NCBI GenBank assembly: GCA_963707985.1
Contig: CAVPRW010000024.1
Coordinates: 64,001 to 128,000 of the forward strand
DNA length: 64,000 nucleotides
Source of the DNA: an uncultured Nitrospinota bacterium
GTDB lineage: Bacteria; Tectomicrobia; Entotheonellia; J063; CAVPRW01
Reading direction: 5' to 3'
Shown here: positions 55,171-64,000 of the stretch, in pieces
How positions within the stretch are numbered: position 1 is the stretch's first letter
Layout: each line of letters opens with the position of its first letter
Program-made: the position numbers and the translations under genes
Notes under the pieces: generated by a model
The model's input: the letters and a program-made list of their open reading frames with translations, nothing else
Databases searched by the model: none
What the model was told of the DNA's origin: nothing

Positions 55171-55731
55171 ATGCGCACCCTCCCCAAATATTTGACCCAA
55201 GACGAACTCAAACGCTTCTTTGCGGCGATCGACTCCCCGCGCGACCGGGCACTGTTCGGCCTGATCTACCACTACGGCCTCCGTGTGGACGAATCCACCG
55301 CAATCACCATTCAAGATGTCGACCTCAAAAACCACCGCATCCGCATCCGCCGCCTCAAGAACGGTGTTGGCGGCGAGAGACCGCTCTGGCGCCACACGGC
55401 CAAACCCCTGCGAGCGTATATGAGGGTTCGCAAAGACGCCGGCGCCTACCTCTTCACCGGCCGCGAGGGGCCCCTCAAGAAACGCATGGTACAGAAACTT
55501 TTTAGAGACTATGCCGAAAAGGCTGGCATCACTGGTAGATCCATTCATTCGCTTCGCCACTCGATTGCCGTTCACCTCTTGGAAGCCGGACGCGGGATTG
55601 AATATGTCGCCGACCATCTCGGCCACAAGAACATCCAGAACACCAAAGTTTACGCCCAAATCACGAACCCTTATCGCGAGCAAGTATTTTGCGACCTTGA
55701 ACAGCATCCAAAAATTGTAAGACTTTCCTGA
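55171..55731 (+). CDS. Short (catalytic-domain only, FimB/E-like) tyrosine recombinase
   Basis: YGLRVDE, RLKNG, HSLRH, LGHKNIQNTKVY (R-K-H-R-H-Y complete). Confidence 0.88.
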   Translation: MRTLPKYLTQDELKRFFAAIDSPRDRALFGLIYHYGLRVDESTAITIQDVDLKNHRIRIRRLKNGVGGERPLWRHTAKPLRAYMRVRKDAGAYLFTGREGPLKKRMVQKLFRDYAEKAGITGRSIHSLRHSIAVHLLEAGRGIEYVADHLGHKNIQNTKVYAQITNPYREQVFCDLEQHPKIVRLS

Positions 55732-55778
55732 GAATTGTGCGCGCGCCTTCCGAACAAGAATCCTCTCAGTCTTGACCT

Positions 55779-57864
55779 ATGAACAAGGAACGAGAAATGG
55801 CTACAAAAGATCGACGTATAGCACAACTCCGGCTAGAAAATCGTTGGTATGAAGATGGGTTTTGGCCTGGACTTATCAAAGGGAAGCCAGCCTCCCTCAA
55901 AAATGCCAACAAGTTCTTCCTTGCCTGTATCATCGATTATCAACAGCGTCCAAACCAACCTTGGGAAAGTGCACGCAGATTTGCTGAGGATATTCTGAAT
56001 AACCCTAATGACCTTTGGCATCGTATTACTAGTGTGAGCTTGTCAAAGTGGCAATCGAAAAGAAGAGAATATGGGCTACATCGCTTTCCCAAAGCCCATG
56101 AGAGAGTCTGGCGCATTGGCAAAGACATTGTCACTTATTATGGCGGGGACTCCAGAAAAATTTGGATGGGCCAGCCACCCGACATTGTTCTTCATCGACT
56201 CAATAAGATGAGAGTTGGAGAACAAATTTCTCGAATGATCGTTGGGGCATTATGTGATACAGACCAAATTCAAGGTCATGGAGATGTCAAAGTAGATACT
56301 CATGCGAGACGAGTGCTAGGACGGGTTTTGCGGGGGAATCCCTACTCGCTCAGTGAGGCTCCGATAGTTTTAGAACAATACTTCGGGCATTTTTTGAGCG
56401 AGAGAGTTAACAAATCAGGCCATTCCTGGTTGAATATACGTGTGCAACGCTATTTTCAACCGGGGAATGGCCTATGACCATGGTCAAAGAGATCCTCCAG
56501 CAGATGTCTACGGTGAGTAAACCCCAGGCGAAGTTCGTGGAAACGCTGTTCGCTGCCATCCTGGCACGGCGCGGCCGCGTCAACTTTCGCCATCTGAGCC
56601 GCTACTGCAACTATTGTGAGCGCACGATTGCGCGGCAGTTCCGGCGCTGCTTTGACTGGCCGGACTTCCATCAACGGGTCATCACGATCGCCCTCGACCC
56701 GTGCTCGGAAGTGATCTCGGCGCAGGATGCGTCCTTCATCCCGAAGAGTGGCCAACAGACGTTCGGGCTGGGGCACTTCTTCCACGGCTGTACCTCCCGT
56801 GCCGAACGCGGCCTGGAAGTCTCCACGCTGGCCGTCGTGGATGTGACACGCCGGTGCGCCTTCACACTCGCGGTGGCCCAGACACCCCCAGGCGATGACG
56901 AGACGGTCTCACCGCAGGCCAAGGAAGAGACCAGAGTTGATTTTTATCGGCAGCAACTGCGCGAGCAGCGGCACCGCTGGCCGTCGCAGGTGACCTAGCA
57001 TGGCGTGGACGGTTACTTTGCCAAGAAGAAATACCTGGATGAAGCTGTTCGTCTCGACCTGCACCCGATTACCAAGCTGCGGTGCGACGCCGACTGTCGG
57101 TTTCTCTACCTCGGCCCGCACCCAACGCGCCGCGGAGCGCGGCGTAAGTATGACGGCAAAGTCAATTTTCAAGACCTCCGCCGCTTTGCCTCTCTTCGCA
57201 CCATGGCGGAAGCGGACTATCTGCATCTGTATACAGCTGTCGTCTGGCACGTCACGCTCAAACCCAAGCTGCGGCTCGTGGTCGTGGTCAACCGGAAAGT
57301 CCCAGCCAAGCCGCGCTCTATCGTGCTGGCCTCCACTGATCTGACCCTGGATGGCCGCAAGCTGGTGGAGTTGTATGGGGCGCGTTTCCAGATCGAGTTT
57401 CTGTTCCGTGACAGCCAACAGTTCACTGGCCTGAGTGACTGCCAAGCGCGTGCCGAAGCCGCACTGGATTTCCATTTCAACGCCGCGTTGGCGACGCTCA
57501 ACCTGGCACGCACCGCGCCACTGGTAGAACAGACCGGCGCGTCCCGACAGGTCTTCTCGATGGCGAGCTGGAAACAGCGCCAATTTAAGGAACGATTGCT
57601 CGATGTATTTATTGAGAAGTTAGCTCTTGAGCCGAGTTGGGTGAAAAAGCACCCCGCTTATGACGAACTCAGGTCTTACGGTGCTATCGCCGCCTGATTT
57701 TGTCCTAACCATTGTTAGAAAAGACACGGGAATTATTTCCAGAAAACCCGTGGTTGCTTGATGAACCGTTGTACGCATTAGGAAGGCAATTTTGTTTGGC
57801 TTCAAATCCTCACTGTAATGATTGTTATCTTCAGAAAGTATGTACTTTCTATAGAATGAACTGA
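55779..57864 (+). pseudogene. HhH-GPD / endonuclease III-like Fe-S DNA glycosylase interrupted by an IS
   Basis: 55779..56375 + 57721..57864 join in frame (246 aa). Contains VKVDTHARRV and C-terminal C-x6-C-x2-C-x5-C (CLASNPHCNDCYLQKVC). Confidence 0.8.
56376..57714 (+). mobile_element. IS4-like DDE element (1339 bp) with 6-bp target duplication
   Basis: TTAGAA duplicated at 56370-56375 and 57715-57720; imperfect IRs caatacttcgggca / tgtcctaaccattg. Transposase 56474..57697 (QDAS, VDGYF, YGARFQIEFLFRD) is broken by TAG at 56996. Confidence 0.88.
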
Positions 57865-58028
57865 GGTTGATATATGTGAAAGAGGTTTTTGAGCTGGCCG
57901 CGCATCAGACTGCATAACTGTTCTGTCTGATTTTGGCAAATCGTCGATATGCAAGTATGCGAAAAACCGACCCCAAACGGGCGATCATTTTTTATCGTAC
58001 TGTCTTATTCATGGTTCCCCAGTGTCTC

Positions 58029-58316
58029 CTACCCCCGATGGGCGACTGTGTCGCGCAGACGTTCCAGCACCCACATCCGAATGAGCGTCGTGGGTCCGAT
58101 GCCCTTCTCATGAGCCATCGACCGCAATTGCTTAAGCGTGTCTGGATCCAGTCGGATGGTCACGTCGCTGGACAGGCGCTTAGCAAAGCGAATCGGAACC
58201 GGCTTGAACTCGGCTTCGTAGTCGGCGGTGCTGTGGGTGTCCCAGAATGCCGCCTCTTCCTCAATGCTGGCAAACTCTGGAATACGTTTAGGTTTTGATG
58301 AGGTCTTTTTGGCCAT
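58029..58316 (-). CDS. BrnA/CopG-like antitoxin
   Basis: IPEFASIEEEAAFWDTHS...VTIRLDP...TTLIRMWVLE (C-terminal RHH). Confidence 0.8.
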   Translation of the reverse strand: MAKKTSSKPKRIPEFASIEEEAAFWDTHSTADYEAEFKPVPIRFAKRLSSDVTIRLDPDTLKQLRSMAHEKGIGPTTLIRMWVLERLRDTVAHRG

Positions 58317-58318
58317 CG

Positions 58319-58600
58319 CTAGTGTATTCCTCGCTGCTCGCGATACTGCCGCCGCTCTTTGCGGTCAGCAGGGCGGGCGGTCACCGGATAGTAGACACCC
58401 CGCTCATCCGTCGGCGCTAGAATCACGGTCAGCATGCGTTGGTGGCTTGTCGGCCCAACCACCCGGAGCCGGCCGCTGTATGTCTGGCTGGTCACCGGAG
58501 TGCCATGGCACACGTCCTCCACTTCATCGGGGATGACGTCGTGGCGTGCGATATGCGCGATATTCCAGGCATCCCAGATGAGACGGCGGACGAAGAGCAT
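58319..58600 (-). CDS. BrnT-family toxin
   Basis: LIWDAWNIAHIARHDV...EVEDV...VTARPADRKERR; upstream of the antitoxin. Confidence 0.8.
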   Translation of the reverse strand: MLFVRRLIWDAWNIAHIARHDVIPDEVEDVCHGTPVTSQTYSGRLRVVGPTSHQRMLTVILAPTDERGVYYPVTARPADRKERRQYREQRGIH

Positions 58601-58863
58601 AGGATGTGTCCTACATTGCGTTACATCTAACAGTATAGAAGATCTAGAGGTGTCGTCAAGTCTTGGCACGCACCAGCACGGCCGCCTCGCCACCACCGAC
58701 ATAGATGTGAACCCCTCCCCCGAGGAAGTGCTCCGCAAATGTCGAAAGAAGTGGTAAGATGACGGAGTTCACGAGCCTCAGGCGGGACGAAGAAGCGCGT
58801 TCCAGCAGCCTGCTGCACACGCGGGTGTGTCAGCGACATCTAGACCAGAGGGGCGACCTCACC

Positions 58864-59380
58864 ATGCAGCACACTCTTCACGAAACTGAAGGAGGAGTTC
58901 ACAGCGCTGCTCCCGCCGACGCTCTTTTTCTTCGTCGCGCTCCACCTGGTTGCGCTGATCCGCGTCTTGATGCTCAAGGGCACGGGGATCCCGCTGAGCA
59001 CGTCGTGGCAAGTCACGGTGGCGGCGCTGATTCTGGGCAAGGCGGTGTTGGTCGCTGACCTCCTCCCGTTCATCAATCGCTATCCCGACAAACCGCTGGT
59101 CTATAACGTCGCGTGGAAGACCACGATCTACGTGCTGGTCGCCATGCTGGTCCACTACGTGGAGCACCTCATCGACTTCTGGCGCGAGGCCGGTGGTTTC
59201 ATCGCGGGCAACCAGAAACTGTTCGCGGAGATCGTGTGGCCCCATTTCTGGGCCATCCAACTGCTCCTGGTGGTGCTGATTCTGATGTACTGCACCATGC
59301 ATGAACTGGTCCGGGTGATCGGACGGGACAGGGTCCTTGAAATCTTTTTCGGCAGGCCGTCGGCCGCGCGCGGGGCATGA
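58864..59380 (+). CDS. Hypothetical membrane protein (frameshift just after ATG)
   Basis: KLKEEFTALLPPTLFFFVALH...LILGKAVLVAD..PFINRYP..PL.YN..WKT; four hydrophobic segments. Confidence 0.6.
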
Positions 59381-59567
59381 GGAGTGTTGAGCCAACGGAC
59401 ACCACACCACGCTTGTGATGCCGGTGAATCACGTCACTCATCCGCTCCGGGCTGCCTGCTATCCTGCCGCCGCGCAGGGCACAACCCACCATAGGGACCC
59501 TGCGAGAGACCCCTGCGGCACGAGCGACCGCGGTCCGGATAAGGCCCTTTTTTCGTGTGCCTGTTTT

Positions 59568-59597
59568 TACTCTTGATAAAAGCTGTTATCACGAGTA
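59568..59597. other. Putative tyrosine-recombinase crossover site (12-6-12 inverted repeat)
   Basis: tactcttgataa-aagctg-ttatcacgagta, 10 bp upstream of a recombinase start. Confidence 0.65.
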
Positions 59598-59607
59598 ATA
59601 GGGGCGT

Positions 59608-59775
59608 ATGGACACGTCCGAAAAAACCTCGCTACCGACACCGATTTCCAGGGGGCTTCTAGCAAGGAAGGAATTTCAGGAGCTCGCGGAGGTCCCCCGG
59701 AACTGGAGTGGTTTGCCAACATCGACAACACCCGCACCTGCCGCGCCTACCAGATTGACCTCAAAGACTTTATAG
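59608..59775 (+). pseudogene. N-terminal fragment of a TnpI-like tyrosine recombinase
   Basis: EFQELAEVP(P)ELEWFANIDNTRTCRAYQIDLKDF, then abrupt loss of similarity. Confidence 0.65.
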
Positions 59776-60315
59776 CGCGAGAGGCAAGAAATCGGAACGT
59801 TGATTCTGGGATCGGTATTTTGGGACGGATAGTTACTTGTAAACCTCAATTTTTGAAGGGTATATAGCTGATTTTCAAAAACGAGGGTTTTTGGGACAGC
59901 TCCCAGAGAGGTTGCAGGGCTGCAATCGTGGTCGAGGCATACACTCGCTTTTACCTCTTGTGAGCGGTTCGGGAGGGGCACGGAGCCGGTACTCGGGGAG
60001 TGAGAGTCGACGAGAAAAACATAAGGGCTGTACATAGACTACTCAGGTCATGAGCGCTATGGCTCTGGAAGACGTTGTGTAGGAATGCCGTCCTTGAACT
60101 ACCGCTCGATAATCCATCTCCCTGAGCCTCAAGCTTCTCAATGATTGAGAATGACTACAATTATTAAGTATGCTTATTGAGTCGTATAAAATATGCTAAG
60201 ATAAAATATTTATCATGATCTCTGCCGCCAGTATCGGGTATCTGCCGGGCAGACTTTATATTGCTAGTTATGCGCGGCGTATGTCGACTGTTCCGGGACG
60301 AGAGAGGGGCTAGTC

Positions 60316-60914
60316 ATGCGAAACTGGCTATATACGGCTCTTATCACCATCATGCTGGCTACAGGCACTGACCTCGCCATAGCCGGTGAGGTACAAGCCC
60401 TGGAAGCCATCAGCTGGCAGTCGTAATAGTGGCGCTAGGCATTCTGGCCATGCTGTCAGTGGCTAGCGTCATCGCCATTCAAAAATACAATACCGCGGAC
60501 GAAGCATTGAAGATGGTCGGGGCCTTCTTGGGCCTTTTTGGCGTCGTCATCGGCTCGTGCGGCACCTACTTTTTTACTCGTCCACCTCTAAAGGAAGCTC
60601 AAAGACTGGCTGCGGTGTATCAAGAACGCGCAGCCAATGCGGAGCAACAGCTTGCTTCATTAGGGAAAAATACAACTTCACTCCTAACTGAATTGTCCAA
60701 ACAGGGATGGCAAACCCCACTAGCGACAGTAAAGGCCGATCCAAAGGTCGCGACCTCCTTGAAAAACATTGAATTGAACATCGAGAGCACTCAAAAGCTG
60801 GACAATTGGCGGCGTGCCACGCGAGGACACAGGCGGTTAGCTGGGCGGGCGTTTCGACGTCGAGTTGACCGAAGCATTGTTCAGGGAAGTAGTGTTGTCT
60901 CGACTGAGCGTTAG
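60316..60914 (+). CDS. Hypothetical secreted/membrane protein (frameshift near 60420)
   Basis: Signal-like MRNWLYTALITIMLA, then two TM segments and a coiled coil; AT-rich upstream region. Confidence 0.4.
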
Positions 60915-61273
60915 GATGTTGTTGGCACGTCCACAAAACGGAGGTTTTTGGGACGGCATGGCAAACAACAAATTTGTTGCGGCTGTGTGACGGCAAGAAG
61001 CTGCCATCACACACCGCAAACCCGATTGAAAGGCTCACAAACGGTCGTTTTCGGGACAGTTCCCAGTTTAGTGAGCGACACGGATGCCCTCGCTCATCTA
61101 TGCGCCGTGCGACATGACCCCTACGCTGGGGTCCTGGATCATCCAAATCCATCTCTCTTTAGACCGACCGGATGTTGCCGTTCTATTCACAGAATTACGA
61201 TTGATCAACGCTCTCATCGATCGGAAGGCCGTCCCCCACAGGGGACGTTTTCATCGACTGTGCACAAGGGCAG

Positions 61274-61305
61274 TAGTGTAACATAACGTCCTTTATGTTA
61301 CACTA
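61274..61305. other. Putative tyrosine-recombinase crossover site (perfect 13-6-13 inverted repeat)
   Basis: tagtgtaacataa-cgtcct-ttatgttacacta, 5 bp before the recombinase ATG. Confidence 0.75.
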
Positions 61306-61310
61306 GCCGT

Positions 61311-62311
61311 ATGAGCCACGACCTCCAACTTTTGACGGGCCCTGATGACGAAAAATTACCGGTCGCGCCGGGGTTAGGCGCGATGCCGGCGCTAGTCCTC
61401 GCGGCCGGCGAGCAAGGGACGTACCGCTTCCTGGAATTTTTTGCGGCCCACATCAGAAATCCGAACACCCGAGCCGCCTACTTTCGGGACGTGTGCGCGT
61501 TTTTCCTGTGGTGCCAGCGGCGCAAGATTCGCGAGTTGTCGGAGATCCGCTCGCATCATGTGGCCGGCTACGTGGAGCGGCTCGGCAAAACCCATGCGCC
61601 CCCATCGGTCAAGCAGCACTTAGCCGCGATCCGGATGCTGTTTGATTGGCTCGTCATCGGACAGATCGTGTCGTCACAATCCCGCCAGCGCCGTACGCGG
61701 GCCCACGTATGTGGTGAACAAAGGCAAGACGCCGGTGCTCTTAGGCGAAGAAGCGCGCGTGTTGCTCGACAGCATCAAGACGAACACGCTCGTGGGGTTA
61801 CGGGATCGCGCCCTCATTGCCCTCCTGGTCTATACCTTTGCGCGCGTGTCGGCCGCGGTGCAGATGAATGCTGAGGACGTGTACATTCAAGGCAAACGCC
61901 TCTGGGTGCGGCTGCATGAAAAAGGCGGCAAGGAGCATACGCTCCCCTGTCACCACGAGCTTGAGAGTAATTTGGACGCGTACCGGGACGCGATCGGGAT
62001 AGGCCACGAGAAGGGCACGCCGCTCTTTCGCTCGGCGAAGAGGCGAACCGGACGGCTGACGGAGAAACGCATGCACCGCATTGACGCGTTCCGCATGGTC
62101 AAGCGCCGAGCCCGTGCGGCCGGCATCCTCTCCCCCATCGGCTGCCATACGTTTCGGGCCACGGGGATCACGCAGTATTTGTCTCAACGGCGGCAAGCTC
62201 GAACATGCGCAACACATGGCCGCGCATGAGTCATCCCGCACCACGGGGCTCTATGACCGAAGGAAAGACGAAATCACGCTTGATGAGGTGGACCGGATTA
62301 TTTTGACGTGA
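61311..62311 (+). CDS. Tyrosine recombinase/resolvase (two frameshifts near 61675 and 62180)
   Basis: FLEFFAAHIRNPNTRAAY, LRDRALI..YTFARV, HEKGGK, HTFRATGIT, AAHESSRTTGLYDRR. Confidence 0.85.
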
Positions 62312-62364
62312 CGAAAAACGACTGCCCGAAGACTCACCGACGTTTAAGGTGGCGTATTAAACCT

Positions 62365-62448
62365 GGCCACGACCGCCTTACGACGACCGAGATTTATTTG
62401 AACCTCTCCGCGGAGGAAGTCCTCCGCGAGTTTTGGGCGAAATGGTAG
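62365..62448 (+). pseudogene. C-terminal fragment of another tyrosine recombinase
   Basis: GHDRLTTTEIYLNLSAEEVLREFWAKW* (GH...TT.IY box II). Confidence 0.65.
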
Positions 62449-62534
62449 ATAGAGCCTATAAACCTGACAGGCGATTATATCTGGAACCTCGATCCTTGGT
62501 GTACAATATTGGACGTTCCATGGAGTAATCCCCC

Positions 62535-62994
62535 ATGGCCAGAAGCGATATATCCTTACCGCGATTGACCGGCACACCAAGGTAGCCTTTGCCCGGATGT
62601 ACACCACGCATAGCTCAGCGTCCGCCCGTGATTTCCTCCACCGCCTGTATATCCTGCTTGACGGCAAAATCGAGAATGTTCAGACTGACAATGGATCTGA
62701 ATTTCACCGACACTTCGAGACTGCGTGCCAGCAGCTCAATCTTGAGCACTGTTGGTCCCGAGTGAAAACACCGAAGGACAATGCGGTCAACAAGCGATTC
62801 AACCGGACCTTGCAGGATGAATTTATCAGCCTTGGAAATATGACCACTGATACCGCAGTCTTCAACCAACACCTGACTGAGTGGGGCTAGTGGAGTACAA
62901 TTTCCACAGGCCCCATCAGACCCTGGGCTACCTACCCCCGATCAGCTTCACGTTTAAATATCACAAAGTGTTACCGATGTACCCGTCTAGTACA
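62535..62994 (+). mobile_element. IS481-family 3' remnant
   Basis: YILTAIDRHTK, VQTDNGSEF, PKDNAVN.RFNRTLQDEF, YNFHRPHQTLGY; ends ...tagtACA. Confidence 0.75.
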
Positions 62995-63030
62995 CCCCAT
63001 TGACACCTCCCGCCGCCTGGCTATGCTTGA

Positions 63031-64000
63031 TTAGAGTTCATCTCGATTAACCCATCGGTTGCCATGGTGTCAACCGGACCCGAAAATTATGCAGGCCACA
63101 GCAAACTTCCATGATCACCTCTCGTATCCCCGCCTTCCGGAGACGGCAGACGTCGTGGACGATGCGGCAGCGCTTGACGCTGCTGTTCACAGGCTCGATC
63201 CGCACCCGGCGCCGTGCAATGCGCCGATTGACAGCTTTCTGCGCACGCGTGAGGGCTCGCCCCCGCGGCTTCTTGGTCGGCATGATCACTTCGACCTGGG
63301 GGAGCGTCAAGGCCAGAAAGCCCAGATCCTGAAGCAACCGGCTCCCTGCCGGCAAGGGATACGGGGTCTCATCGGCCATCCGCTGATCGTGGGGGCGACC
63401 TCCGTAGGTGCTACTGAGAAAGAGGATCGTGAGCACCGCATTGATCAGCAGGAGGTTTTTGACCGTCTGGCACTTGTTCTTGCCGCGATCACAGCGCGTC
63501 TGCTCAGTTGGATGCTGGGGGCGCTCGATGCGCCGTTCGGTGCCATCGTGGCCAACAGGGGGGAGGCCGCCCTCGATCCCGCCGCTGCGGGCTGATCGCC
63601 CCCCGGTGGCGATGCCTCCGGGGCCTCTACTAGGGCCGCCGCGTCAGCCTCAGCCACGCCCAGGCGCATAGCCAGCTCGGCCACAGACCGGGTCGGAGTA
63701 TCCCCCCAGCGTGTGCAGCGACGCTCGCAGCACCACCAGGAGCACGTGGATCCACTGATGCGCTGTGCTCTGGCCCATCCCGAACAGCCGCCCTTGTACG
63801 ACCTGGAGGGGATAGGTCTTCAGGTAGACCAGGATACACAGCAGACGGTCCTCGGGCGTGGGCAAAGGACAGTTCTTGTCGGTCGTGTACCGTCGGGCGA
63901 TGCGTGGCTTGCCATCGAGACGCCAACGGGCCATATGGGCCTGAAAGGCCACCTCAAAGGGGGACGCTAGCAGCTCAAACTCGTTCACGGTGAGACTGGT
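63031..64000 (-). mobile_element. IS5-like element, copy B (runs off the window)
   Basis: Same IR (ttagagttcatctcgatt) and homologous ORFs as 53994..55079. Confidence 0.85.

Noticed and set aside
53994..64000. Diversity-generating retroelement as the cause of adenine-biased differences
   Set aside because: No reverse transcriptase in the window; changes are specifically A->C and T->G (both strands) over whole IS elements, not A->N on one strand of a short VR.
1..64000. tRNA/rRNA genes
   Set aside because: No cloverleaf, T-loop/CCA arrangement or rRNA-like conserved segment noticed; not verified computationally.

Overview
This is a roughly 60% GC bacterial chromosomal window. The gene and IS repertoire suggests a Candidatus Tectomicrobia/Entotheonella-like organism (inference only). 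Layout: (1) 2-14 kb, a urea-scavenging locus urtABCDE-ureABC-(deleted ureE)-ureF-[ureG 5' duplicate + HicAB islet]-ureG-ureD; (2) 14.5-17.4 kb, a GGDEF gene split by an IS1634-type element; (3) 17.7-35.5 kb, mostly housekeeping genes (LLM oxidoreductase, dinG/yoaA, aroF with a Tyr-rich leader-peptide attenuator, gltX, thrC paralog, ilvE, L,D-transpeptidase, tkt, ABC-F); (4) 36-47.6 kb, a sigma54-type operon for triuret/biuret/allophanate use (peptide-type ABC transporter, outer-membrane protein, trtA, NCS2-like permease, biuH, atzF); (5) 50-64 kb, an accessory graveyard with contractile-injection-system relics, several IS copies, four tyrosine recombinases or fragments (two with 6-bp-spacer inverted-repeat sites), an IS-disrupted EndoIII-like Fe-S glycosylase and a BrnT/BrnA TA pair. 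The most striking signal is that IS elements of at least four families are riddled with A:T->C:G transversions (A->C and T->G). The non-IS pseudogenes beside them do not show this pattern, which suggests a possible element-targeted, RIP-like hypermutation process. Many single-base frameshifts in otherwise intact genes look like sequencing or consensus errors. No rRNA, tRNA or CRISPR array was seen.
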